DNA of 64,000 nucleotides from an uncultured candidatus Porisulfidus sp. (GTDB lineage: Bacteria; Pseudomonadota; Gammaproteobacteria; Poriferisulfidales; Poriferisulfidaceae): the NCBI GenBank assembly GCA_965204575.1, contig OZ241993.1:512001-576000 (forward strand), read 5' to 3'. Made by a program: the position numbers and the translations under genes. Under the pieces are notes generated by a model. That model saw nothing but the letters and a program-made list of their open reading frames with translations, was not told the origin of the DNA and ran no database searches. Positions 18,905 to 31,114 of this stretch are shown here, in pieces; positions within the stretch are counted from its first letter, which is position 1; each line of letters opens with the position of its first letter.

Positions 18905-19300
18905 TCAGCGGTTTGGCAGCACCTGGATTTCCGGACACCGCAAAAGCCGCGAGTCCGCGGTAACCAGCCTGAAATCAAAGACTTTGGCGGTCGCGACAAT
19001 GAATCGGTCGGCCGGGTCCTGATGGTCAAGGACAATGTTGCGGCTGGCTGCCGCGACATCGAAAGTGATCGGCGCTTCCATGACAGGGGACGCCTTCATG
19101 GCCTTGTCCAACCAACCCGAGGGGTCGCGGTCAAGCGTGATGCGGCCGCGCTCGGCAAGCATCAGGGTTTCCCACAGGCTGATCGGAGAAAGTCGCAACG
19201 CCGTCGTTTCCGTGGCGAGTGCCTGCTTGACCTGTTCGGTCAGCCGATGCGGCTCAAGCAGCCCCCACAACCAGATGTGCGTGTCGAGAAGGAGGGCCAT
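18905..19300 (-). CDS. vapC: PIN-domain VapC toxin
   Basis: LLLDTHIWLW, SPISLWE, HQDPADRFIVATA, LVTAD. Confidence 0.93.
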   Translation of the reverse strand: MALLLDTHIWLWGLLEPHRLTEQVKQALATETTALRLSPISLWETLMLAERGRITLDRDPSGWLDKAMKASPVMEAPITFDVAAASRNIVLDHQDPADRFIVATAKVFDFRLVTADSRLLRCPEIQVLPNR

Positions 19301-19303
19301 TTG

Positions 19304-19540
19304 TTATCCGAGCGCCTCCCAATCCGATGCTTCTGCTGCGGGAGCGATGAGATCGTCGTGAATCTCGCCGGAACCCTCCATGGCGCCGAGCCAGTCGCCG
19401 GCCGGGCCCGGCGGCAGTGGAAGAATTCGGGCAAGCGGCTTGCCAAGGCGGGTGACGAGAACCGGTTCTCCCGTCTTTGCGACCCGGTCGAGAACCGATA
19501 GGCAAGTGGCCTTAAATTTCGAGATTTGCATTTCAATCAT
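19304..19540 (-). CDS. Phd/YefM-family antitoxin
   Basis: ISKFKATCLSVLDRVAKTGEPVLVTRLGKPLARI; immediately upstream of vapC. Confidence 0.92.
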   Translation of the reverse strand: MIEMQISKFKATCLSVLDRVAKTGEPVLVTRLGKPLARILPLPPGPAGDWLGAMEGSGEIHDDLIAPAAEASDWEALG

Positions 19541-19546
19541 GTGTAT

Positions 19547-19575
19547 ATAATACCATAGTCAACGACTATGGTCAA
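19547..19575 (-). promoter_or_regulatory. TA promoter with palindromic operator
   Basis: TTGACC, 17 nt, TATTAT, 6 nt, ATG; perfect IR ACCATAGTC-AAC-GACTATGGT (19552-19572) fills the spacer. Confidence 0.85.
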
Positions 19576-19699
19576 TTCTATGGGTGCGGCGCCGACAGGC
19601 GGAAATCCTCAATATATTCGCATTGAAAAAAGCACCGGACTTGCCCGCCAGCATGTTTTCAGGCAAAATTATCGGCTGTTTCCCTCTTTATCTCCCTTC

Positions 19700-20449
19700 A
19701 TGCGACCGCGCCTTCTCCCCCTGTTACTGTGCTTCGGCCTGGTCGGCGGGTGCGGCATCGGCCTGGACGACCTCGACTTGTCGGCGATCGACATCGGACT
19801 CGGCGAGGATGCCGGCGACAACGTAATTGAGGCCGGCGCGAAGCATTTCGTTTCCTGCAATCTCGGCCAGGAATGCGATTACTTGTGGCAGCAGGCTCGG
19901 CTCTGGCTGGATCAGAACGCCCGTTTCTCCGTCGAACTGAAGAACGAGGTCACCCTGACTGCTTTCAGCCCGGCGCCTGACCGATACCGCGACGAGTTCC
20001 AGTACCGGGTTACGAAAATCGCGCACCAAGGCGGTGTTGCCACCCTCCAGGTGGAAGCATTTTGCTCGGATACAGAAGCTTGCGGGTTCGCACCGGTTGA
20101 ACAGGTCTACAAAATCAACGAATTCCTGCGCAACCACAAGCGCGCGCTGAATGAAGGCATGGTCGAACTGGAGAGATACGACGAACCGGAACTGCCCCGC
20201 GCCACGGCTCCGGCCGGCGAGGAAACCGATGGCGTGCTCTCCGACATCTCGCTGGAGAAGGAATATCGCCGCGGCCAGTTCCACAGCCAGGCCCAGGACG
20301 CGCTGGTCGGCGCGGGCTGCCTGAAACAAAGCAAAATGTCGCTACTTAAATCCGATGGCGGTGAAGATTTATATGAAGTCAGCTGCCTGACCGGAATCCG
20401 TCACGTCGTCTTTCGCTGCACCCGGGACGGGTGCTCGGTTCTCCAGTAA
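19700..20449 (+). CDS. Hypothetical lipoprotein
   Basis: MRPRLLPLLLCFGLVGGC lipobox-like signal; several Cys pairs; start moved to ATG 19700. Confidence 0.7.
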   Translation: MRPRLLPLLLCFGLVGGCGIGLDDLDLSAIDIGLGEDAGDNVIEAGAKHFVSCNLGQECDYLWQQARLWLDQNARFSVELKNEVTLTAFSPAPDRYRDEFQYRVTKIAHQGGVATLQVEAFCSDTEACGFAPVEQVYKINEFLRNHKRALNEGMVELERYDEPELPRATAPAGEETDGVLSDISLEKEYRRGQFHSQAQDALVGAGCLKQSKMSLLKSDGGEDLYEVSCLTGIRHVVFRCTRDGCSVLQ

Positions 20450-20475
20450 GTCCGCCTCCGGCAGGCCCGCCGGAC

Positions 20476-21240
20476 TTAGCTGAACTCCGCCACCACGGGA
20501 GTGTGGTCCGAAGGACGCTCCCAGCGACGCGGAGTTTTGTCGATATGGCAAGCCGTGCAAAGCGCCGCGGCAGCCGGGCTGGCGAGAATCAGGTCAATGC
20601 GCAGTCCGATGTTGCGGCGGAATGCTCCCTGCCGGTAGTCCCACCAGCTGAAACTGTCCGGTTCTTGTTCGAATCGCCTGAAACAGTCTTCGAAGCCTAT
20701 TTCCTTGATCGTTGCCAATGCTTCGCGTTCCGGCGTCGAGCACAGGATCCGTTCCCGCCAAAGATCCGGGTCGTGCACGTCTTCATCTGCGGGCGCGATA
20801 TTGAAATCGCCCAGGATCAGGTAACGCCCATGCTTCTGCAAATCTAGCGCAACGAACTCGGCCACTTTCGCCAGCCAGTGAAGTTTGTGATCGTACTTGG
20901 GGTCGCCGACATCCCTTCCATTGACGACATACAGGTTGAGAATTCGCCATCCGTCGGCCGTCACGCCCAGGATCCTGCGGTCCGGATCATCCAATCCCGG
21001 GATGTCGGTCGTGACCCCCGTGACCGGCTGTCTCGTCAACACGGCGACGCCGTTGTAGGTTTTCTGGCCGGTGAAAGTTGACTCATATCCGGCCTGCCCG
21101 ATCTCCTCGCACGGAAAATCCGCATCCACCACCTTGGTTTCCTGCAGGCACAAGACATCAATCGGATTGTCTTGCAACCAATCCAGCACGTGTGGCAAGC
21201 GTACCCGCAGCGAGTTGACGTTCCAGGTTGCGACCTTCAT
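20476..21240 (-). CDS. xth: Exodeoxyribonuclease III
   Basis: MKVATWNVNS, CLQETK, YNGVA, GDFNIA, FSWWDYR, GLRIDLIL, SDHTPV. Confidence 0.96.
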   Translation of the reverse strand: MKVATWNVNSLRVRLPHVLDWLQDNPIDVLCLQETKVVDADFPCEEIGQAGYESTFTGQKTYNGVAVLTRQPVTGVTTDIPGLDDPDRRILGVTADGWRILNLYVVNGRDVGDPKYDHKLHWLAKVAEFVALDLQKHGRYLILGDFNIAPADEDVHDPDLWRERILCSTPEREALATIKEIGFEDCFRRFEQEPDSFSWWDYRQGAFRRNIGLRIDLILASPAAAALCTACHIDKTPRRWERPSDHTPVVAEFS

Positions 21241-23276
21241 GCCGCCAAACCCATCTGCTTCAATAACGCGCTTGGGCTTGGCGGGCGCCCCCGGAATGCC
21301 TCGAACATCTCGGCTGCCGATCGCACGCCGCCCGCAGAGAGGACGCAGTCCGCAAAGCGTTTTGCGGTCGCCTTGTTGAACAGGCCTTCTTCCTGGAAGG
21401 CCGCGTAGGTGTCCCCGGAAAGCACTTCTGCCCACTTGTAACTGTAATAGCCTGCCGTATAGCCGCCGGAGAAAATGTGTTCGAAGCTGTGCGCGGTTCG
21501 GACGAATTCCGGCGTTTCCATTATGTCGATCTCACGGCGGACTTCAGCTAGCAGTTTCTCAACCTGCGCGCCATCTTCCGGCCGGTATTCCAGATGCAGC
21601 CGGAAATCGAACAGCGCGAATTCCAGTTGGCGCATCAGGTCTAGGCCCGCATTGAAAATCCGGCTGTCGCGCAGACGCTCCGCCATGTCTTCCGGCAACG
21701 GTTGCCCGGTTTGGTAATGCCGGGCAAAGCGATTCAGCACTTCGGGTTCCCAGCACCAGTTCTCCATCCATTGGCTGGGCCACTCAACCGCATCCCACTC
21801 TACTCCCTCGATTCCGGAAACTCCGGCGCAATCGACCCGGGTCAGCATGTGATGCAGGCCATGCCCGAATTCGTGGAACAGGGTGACGACGTCCGTGTGC
21901 CCGAACAGCGCCGGCGTATCGGCCGTTGGCGGCGAACCATTGCAAGTCAGGTAGGCTACGGCCGGCTGTGTGCCCGTCCCGCAACGGCGGCGGTGAGCGC
22001 AGGTTCCCATCCAGGCTCCCCCGTGCTTGTGCGGGCGAGCGTATGGATCCAGGTAGAACTGCCCCAGAAGCTCCCCGTGCACATCATGGATTTCGTAGAA
22101 CCTTACGTCCGGGTTCCAGACCTCCACGTCGTCGCGTTGGGAAATCTTCAATTGGAAAAGGTCTGCGGCAAGGTCCAGCATTCCTTGGATCGTCGCGTCC
22201 GCGACAAAAAACGGCTTGAGCTCCGCTTCCCGCAAGCCGTACCGGCTGATTCGGAGGCGTTCTCTAACCCAAGCCTGATCCCAACGCTGCATGTCCTCCA
22301 GCCCTAATTCATTTTGAGCAAACTCCCGGAGTTCCCCCCATTCATTTTTAGCCTGTTCTCGGGCGCGTCCCATTAAGTCATAGAGAAAATCCAGCACCTG
22401 CGAGGGGGTTTCAGCCATTCGCGTAGCCAAGGCGTGGTCTGAAATAGTGTCGAAATCAATTAATTGTGCCTGCTCATGGCGTAAACGGAGAATTTGCTCA
22501 ATCAAGTCGGTATTGTCGTACTTTCCGGCGTGGGGGCCCTGGTCCGATGCACGGGTCGTATATGCCACATAAACCTCGTAACGGAGGTCCCGATCATCCG
22601 CATAGGCAAGAATTGCCTGTACGCTAGGAGGCATAAGGCTGATCCGCCAGCCATCCAGGCCGTGTGCCTCGGCATCCGCACGCAGCATTTCCCGGTGAGG
22701 GGGCGGCACGCCCTCCAAACGCTCATCTTCCCCAAGCACCAGTGACCAGGCGCCAGTCGCATCGGTAACATTGTCTGTAAAGCGGGCGCAACAGGCTGCC
22801 AGTTCCTGCTCGATCTCCGCAAAACGCTTCTTTTTCTCTTCTGGCAGGTGAACACCCCCCAGCCGATAATCTCTCAGGGCGAGAATGACCTCCTTCTGGC
22901 GCGGCGCCGACAAATCCGACCAGGCATCACTTTCGCGAAGTTTCTTGAAATGCAAATATAATTCCTTATTATGCAATAATTCTGTGCTATATTCCGTTAT
23001 TTTCTGCAAACATGTATTATAGGACTCCCTCCATTCGGGGCTGTCGCAGACCGCGCGAAGGTGCTGGACCGGGGAAAACGCTTCTTCGAGCCGGCTTCCC
23101 ATCTCCTCCAGGGGAAGCAGCAACGAGACTTCGTCCGGAGAATCCGGATTCAGGTCTTTAATCCGAGCCCGGTTATCGGCAAGAATCGATTCGATCGCCG
23201 GGCATGCATGTTCCGGAAGAATCCGGCCGAACGCCGGCAGCGACCGCGCCTCCAGAAGGGGGTTGGCCGAGTCCAT
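21237..23276 (-). CDS. prlC: Oligopeptidase A (M3 family)
   Basis: NPLL N-terminus, KHGGAWM, TLFHEFGHGLHH, WDAVEWPSQ, AGYYSYKWAEVL. Confidence 0.95.
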   Translation of the reverse strand: MDSANPLLEARSLPAFGRILPEHACPAIESILADNRARIKDLNPDSPDEVSLLLPLEEMGSRLEEAFSPVQHLRAVCDSPEWRESYNTCLQKITEYSTELLHNKELYLHFKKLRESDAWSDLSAPRQKEVILALRDYRLGGVHLPEEKKKRFAEIEQELAACCARFTDNVTDATGAWSLVLGEDERLEGVPPPHREMLRADAEAHGLDGWRISLMPPSVQAILAYADDRDLRYEVYVAYTTRASDQGPHAGKYDNTDLIEQILRLRHEQAQLIDFDTISDHALATRMAETPSQVLDFLYDLMGRAREQAKNEWGELREFAQNELGLEDMQRWDQAWVRERLRISRYGLREAELKPFFVADATIQGMLDLAADLFQLKISQRDDVEVWNPDVRFYEIHDVHGELLGQFYLDPYARPHKHGGAWMGTCAHRRRCGTGTQPAVAYLTCNGSPPTADTPALFGHTDVVTLFHEFGHGLHHMLTRVDCAGVSGIEGVEWDAVEWPSQWMENWCWEPEVLNRFARHYQTGQPLPEDMAERLRDSRIFNAGLDLMRQLEFALFDFRLHLEYRPEDGAQVEKLLAEVRREIDIMETPEFVRTAHSFEHIFSGGYTAGYYSYKWAEVLSGDTYAAFQEEGLFNKATAKRFADCVLSAGGVRSAAEMFEAFRGRPPSPSALLKQMGLAA

Positions 23277-23281
23277 TCTCT

Positions 23282-26810
<3,529 letters not shown>

Positions 26811-26815
26811 GGAGT

Positions 26816-27973
26816 TCAGGCCTTCATCGGCATGATGATATGTTTGCTGCTTCCCTCCGCGGGGGTGATCAACATACTGCTGTTCCCGTCATTCACCGCC
26901 AGCACGGCGTTAGAGCCGCCCAAGGCTTGGAGTGAATCTATCAAGTATTTGATATTTATAGATATTTTTACTTCTTCTTCTGCGCCGTCATCCCGATCGA
27001 TCTTCATTTCAACTTGTTCTTCGCCGGTATCGCCCTTGTTGTTCCTAGCGCCGATTTCAAGGTTTTCGCTGTCCTTGAACGTGAGGATAACCGCTTGCGT
27101 CAATTCGTCCGTGACCGGAATGATTCGTTCTGCGGCTTTGATCAACGCTTCCCGGCTGATTTCGGCCCGCAATTTCCGTTCCGCCGGCACCACTCCCCGG
27201 TAATCAGGGTATTTTCCGTCCACCAGCATCGTGTGGAATGCGCATCGGTCCCCGGACAGCTCCAGCCTCAAGTGGTTTCCGGCCAGATGAAGGACCAGGT
27301 CCTGTTCCTGATCAGTCAGGATCTTGGTTAATTCTTCCACTCCCTTGCTGGGAATGATCGGCTGTACCGGCTCCTCCACCCCCGTCTGGATCGCGTGCTC
27401 GGCGACAGCCATGCGGTGCCCGTCCGTCGCGACCGCGGTCACCGAGTCGGGGCCGACATCAAGCAAAACCCCCAGCAGGTAATACCGCATATCATTCTGG
27501 GCCATCGCATATCGGACACTGGAAAGCAGCGAGCGGAGGATGTTCTCAGGCAGGGAAAGTTCGTACTCGTCGTCCTGGGAAGTAATCCCCGGGAACTCGT
27601 TCGCATCCACGACGACCAGTTTGTAGCGGCTGCGTCCATGCGAAACGTTCATGGCCTTGCCGTCTCTCTCGAGCTCAAAGCAAATCTTTGCATCGGCAGA
27701 GAATCGAGAACAGATGTGTAGAAGAGTCGAGGCCGGTACGGTGCAGGGCTTCAGGTCCTCGCCCTCGACCGGGATGTGGAATGCCAGGCGCAAGGTGTTG
27801 TCGGTCGCGGTGAACCGCACGCCGCCCTTCTCCGGCTCGATCAAGATGCTCGCCACTGCATTGACGGCATCGGTACCCGACACAGACGCATTTAGAGACG
27901 CTACGTCCGGCGCAGTGCTCGCCAGCTTCCGGAGCGGATCAACGAGTGCCTGCTGTTCAATAGTGAATTTCAT
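26816..27973 (-). CDS. dnaN: DNA polymerase III beta clamp
   Basis: MKFTI, RYYLLGV, VATDGHRMA, GKYPDY, IMPMK; synteny. Confidence 0.95.
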   Translation of the reverse strand: MKFTIEQQALVDPLRKLASTAPDVASLNASVSGTDAVNAVASILIEPEKGGVRFTATDNTLRLAFHIPVEGEDLKPCTVPASTLLHICSRFSADAKICFELERDGKAMNVSHGRSRYKLVVVDANEFPGITSQDDEYELSLPENILRSLLSSVRYAMAQNDMRYYLLGVLLDVGPDSVTAVATDGHRMAVAEHAIQTGVEEPVQPIIPSKGVEELTKILTDQEQDLVLHLAGNHLRLELSGDRCAFHTMLVDGKYPDYRGVVPAERKLRAEISREALIKAAERIIPVTDELTQAVILTFKDSENLEIGARNNKGDTGEEQVEMKIDRDDGAEEEVKISINIKYLIDSLQALGGSNAVLAVNDGNSSMLITPAEGSSKHIIMPMKA

Positions 27974-28171
27974 AATTTAAATTTACTGTTATTAGTGTTG
28001 GCCAAAGTCGTGGAAAACCCAGATAATTATAGACGAATCAACTAATTATACAATTCATGGCACGTGGAGAACAATGGTTAGGCTTGGGTTAAAGCAGGAG
28101 TTCAGGCTGATGGTTCACAATTGTCCGTGGTTTGTTCGCAGGTCATCCACAAAACTATATTCTAGCCCTGT
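27974..28171. promoter_or_regulatory. oriC: Putative replication origin (oriC) in the dnaA-dnaN spacer
   Basis: AT-rich 198-bp spacer; DnaA-box-like TCATCCACA (28143-28151), TTTTCCACG (minus, 28009-28017), TTCTCCACG (minus, 28063-28071); exact IHF consensus AATCAA-CTAA-TTA (28036-28048); NAN trio-like run next to GGCC; gene orientation largely flips across this region. Confidence 0.65.
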
Positions 28172-29515
28172 TCAGCTGAGTAGCTTCCGCTTGAGATTCC
28201 GATAGTCAGCCTGGGTCTGCTCATCGTTCTCGTCCAGCCGCTTTTGGATCTTCTGGCAGGCGTACAGGACGGTGGAATGATCTCGGCCCCCGAAGGACTC
28301 GCCGATGCTGGCCAGACTCATCTGCGTCAGTTCATGCAGCAGCTTCATGGCCATCTGCCGGGGCAAGGCGATCGCTTGAGGGCGGCGCTGGGAGTCGAGC
28401 TCCTCTTTTGTCACGTCGTAGTAGGTGGCCACGGCAGACTTGATTTGGTTCGCATTGAGGAGGCGGTCCCGCACGGGGACGATGTCGCGCAGACAGTGGC
28501 GGGCGAAATCCACGTCGATCTCCTGCCTTCCGACATTGGCCTGCATGATGACGCGGGACAGCGCGCTTTCCAGTTCGCGTACGCTGCCGACGGTCTTCTC
28601 CGCAATAAACCAGGCGACCTTGTTGGGAAGATCAATGCCGCGTTGCTCCGCCTTGCTGAGAAGGATCGCCGCGCGGGTTTCCGTGCTGGGCGGATCGATC
28701 GCGCAGTACATGCCGCCGCCGAGGCGCGACTTCAGCCGGTCTTCCATCCCCTCGATCTCCTTGGGGTAGCGGTCGCAGGTGACGACGATCTGGCGTTGCC
28801 GGCCGGTCAGCGCATTGAACGTGTGGAAGAACTCGTCTTGCGAGCGCTCCTTGCCGGCCAGAAACTGGATGTCATCGATCAGGAGCACATCGACGGAACG
28901 GTAATACGCCTTGAAAGAGTCAATCCGGTTGTGCTGGAGCGCGCTGATCAGGCTTTGCACGAACTGCTCGCAATGCAGGTAGACCACGCTGGTGCTCGGC
29001 TGGTTCTGCAGAATCGCATGGCCGATCGCCTGCATCAGGTGGGTCTTTCCGAGGCCAACCCCGCCATAGATCAGGTAGGGGTTGTAGTCATCGTTTCCGG
29101 CCTGCAGAGAGACCAGCTCGGCTGTCGCGTACGCTAGCTCGTTGGAGTGGCCGCGGACGAATTTGTCGAAGGTGAACTTCGGCAACAGGCGGTCCGAGTA
29201 ATTGAGGTCGATACCGAAATCGGGTGCGCGCGTCTCGGTCTTTTGGGGGAGAGAAGGGGGGCTCTCGGTTGAAACAGACTGGGTGCCCACGCGAAGGTCG
29301 ATGCTCAGGTCTTCACTGGCAAGCGCCCGGACGTAATTCTCGATCCGGTCCATGAAGCGGTTGCGGACCTGCTGGAGCAGCACCATGTTGGGTGCCAGGA
29401 GCAGGAGAGAGGTCGGAGATTCTTCGGCGTGCAGCGGGCGAACGAAAGTATTGATGTCCTGCTCAGTCAGTTCTGCTTCCAGGTGACGAAGGCAGCCTTG
29501 CCAGATTGCGGACAC
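28172..29515 (-). CDS. dnaA: Chromosomal replication initiator DnaA
   Basis: YNPYLIYGGVGLGKTHL, LLIDDIQF, RLKSR, FGGRDHSTVLYAC; GTG start. Confidence 0.98.
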   Translation of the reverse strand: MSAIWQGCLRHLEAELTEQDINTFVRPLHAEESPTSLLLLAPNMVLLQQVRNRFMDRIENYVRALASEDLSIDLRVGTQSVSTESPPSLPQKTETRAPDFGIDLNYSDRLLPKFTFDKFVRGHSNELAYATAELVSLQAGNDDYNPYLIYGGVGLGKTHLMQAIGHAILQNQPSTSVVYLHCEQFVQSLISALQHNRIDSFKAYYRSVDVLLIDDIQFLAGKERSQDEFFHTFNALTGRQRQIVVTCDRYPKEIEGMEDRLKSRLGGGMYCAIDPPSTETRAAILLSKAEQRGIDLPNKVAWFIAEKTVGSVRELESALSRVIMQANVGRQEIDVDFARHCLRDIVPVRDRLLNANQIKSAVATYYDVTKEELDSQRRPQAIALPRQMAMKLLHELTQMSLASIGESFGGRDHSTVLYACQKIQKRLDENDEQTQADYRNLKRKLLS

Positions 29516-29714
29516 GATATCCCCTCGATTGTTGTTGTCATAATTCCGGCTTCAGGTCCGAAAGAAGCCGGGGGGACAAGAGACTATACCGAACCGAAAA
29601 AGGCGGTTTCAGAAGTATTGGATATTCCAGCGAGATTAAAATTCACCGGCGAAAAGCCTGTCCGTATCTAGTTGATTTATATCGTAAAGATTTAGAATAT
29701 AGATAACCCTTTGA

Positions 29715-30200
29715 TTATGGCAGGATTTCGATTGGTGTGCCCAATTCCACCAGGTCCCAGACCTCCCGCATGTGGGGATTGCTGATCGCGATGCAGCCGT
29801 CGGTCCAGTTTGGCCCATCGAACATCAGCAGGTTCCGTTTCTCGAGAGTGGGCATGCCGTGGATCATGATGTCGCCGCCGGGGGGCTGTCCGGCCGCTTC
29901 TGCCGCGGCGCGGTCGGTTTCGTTGGGATAGGAGATGCGCAGGGCGCGGTAGAAACGACTCTGCCGCTTTCGCTCGTGCAGCACGTAGCGCCCCTCGGGG
30001 GTCCGCCTGTCTCCCTGGTGCCGCTTGTGGCCAACCGGATTGCCGCCCAGGTAAATGGGGAACTGGCGAACCACTCGCGTCCCGACCATCAGTTGCAAGA
30101 GCCCGTCGGACTTCCGCACGACAACCCGGTCGACCGGGCTGGCTGCATGCGCCGCGGCAATTCCGAAAGCCAGGATCGCCGCGAGCAGGCCCGGTTTCAT
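29715..30200 (-). CDS. L,D-transpeptidase/carboxypeptidase (YkuD) family protein
   Basis: Signal peptide; GDRRTPEGRY, ISYPN, IMIHG..WTDGCIA (His/Cys motif). Confidence 0.9.
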   Translation of the reverse strand: MKPGLLAAILAFGIAAAHAASPVDRVVVRKSDGLLQLMVGTRVVRQFPIYLGGNPVGHKRHQGDRRTPEGRYVLHERKRQSRFYRALRISYPNETDRAAAEAAGQPPGGDIMIHGMPTLEKRNLLMFDGPNWTDGCIAISNPHMREVWDLVELGTPIEILP

Positions 30201-31048
30201 CGGGCGCCCCCTTCGTCTGGAGGGGAAGGCATGGGCCCGACCAGAAGAGCCGGGTCGACCCGGACGTCGAACCAGTTCATCCGCCAGTCCAGATGCGGGC
30301 CGGTGGAGCGCCCGCTGGATCCGACCCGGCCGATTTGCTCGCCGGCCGCGACGGTTTGGCCGACGACGACATCAATGTCCTGAAGGTGCAGAAAAGTTGA
30401 AGACACGCCGAGGCCATGATCCAGAATAAGAGTTGCGCCAGTGTAATACATGTCCGGATGCGCGAGCGTGACTTGTCCGGAAGCGGGCGCGAGCACAGGG
30501 GTGCCGGCCGGCGCCGCGATGTCGATCCCGTAGTGCGGGTTGCGCGGTTCGCCATTGAGGACCCGGCGGCTTCCATAGACACCGGTAATGATGCCGGCGA
30601 CAGGCCAGCGGAAAGGCTCCAAGAAGCCCCGGAACGCACTGTGCACGGAGCGGGCCCCCCTGACCTCAGCCTGGTCGCGCTTGATTCGCGCCAAGTCTTC
30701 CGGATTCGGTGTCACCATTTTTTTGGGAAGGCCCTTGATGTGCTGGGTCTGGTACTCACGCGCCTTGATGGCGAGAGTCCGCTCGAAGACGGAGGAGGAA
30801 CCGCTTATCCGCAGGACGGCCTGCGGGGAGTGTTCTCGCCCGAAGCCGATAACAAAACGTCCGTCTTCGGTTGTTGCCACCGCCTTGCCGTCCAGTGTTA
30901 CCGTTTGGCCGGGCTCGATCTGCCCGCGAACGAGCCCGCCCTGGATTAACGAGCCATCAAGAACGACATCCATGGCGTTTACGGCTGTGATGCATAAGGG
31001 CAGCAGTCCGGCAACTGAGAAGCATACGGCAAGAAATCGCGGCCTCAT
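30197..31048 (-). CDS. M23-family metallopeptidase
   Basis: HYGIDIAAPAGTPV, HLQ, GRSTGPHLDW; start uncertain (ATG 31048 or TTG 31054). Confidence 0.9.
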   Translation of the reverse strand: MRPRFLAVCFSVAGLLPLCITAVNAMDVVLDGSLIQGGLVRGQIEPGQTVTLDGKAVATTEDGRFVIGFGREHSPQAVLRISGSSSVFERTLAIKAREYQTQHIKGLPKKMVTPNPEDLARIKRDQAEVRGARSVHSAFRGFLEPFRWPVAGIITGVYGSRRVLNGEPRNPHYGIDIAAPAGTPVLAPASGQVTLAHPDMYYTGATLILDHGLGVSSTFLHLQDIDVVVGQTVAAGEQIGRVGSSGRSTGPHLDWRMNWFDVRVDPALLVGPMPSPPDEGGAR

Positions 31049-31114
31049 ATCCAAAGTAAAGTATAGGGGAGGCTCAATTTTACTCCGGCCACGGATTACA
31101 CATGCTCGGTTCCG

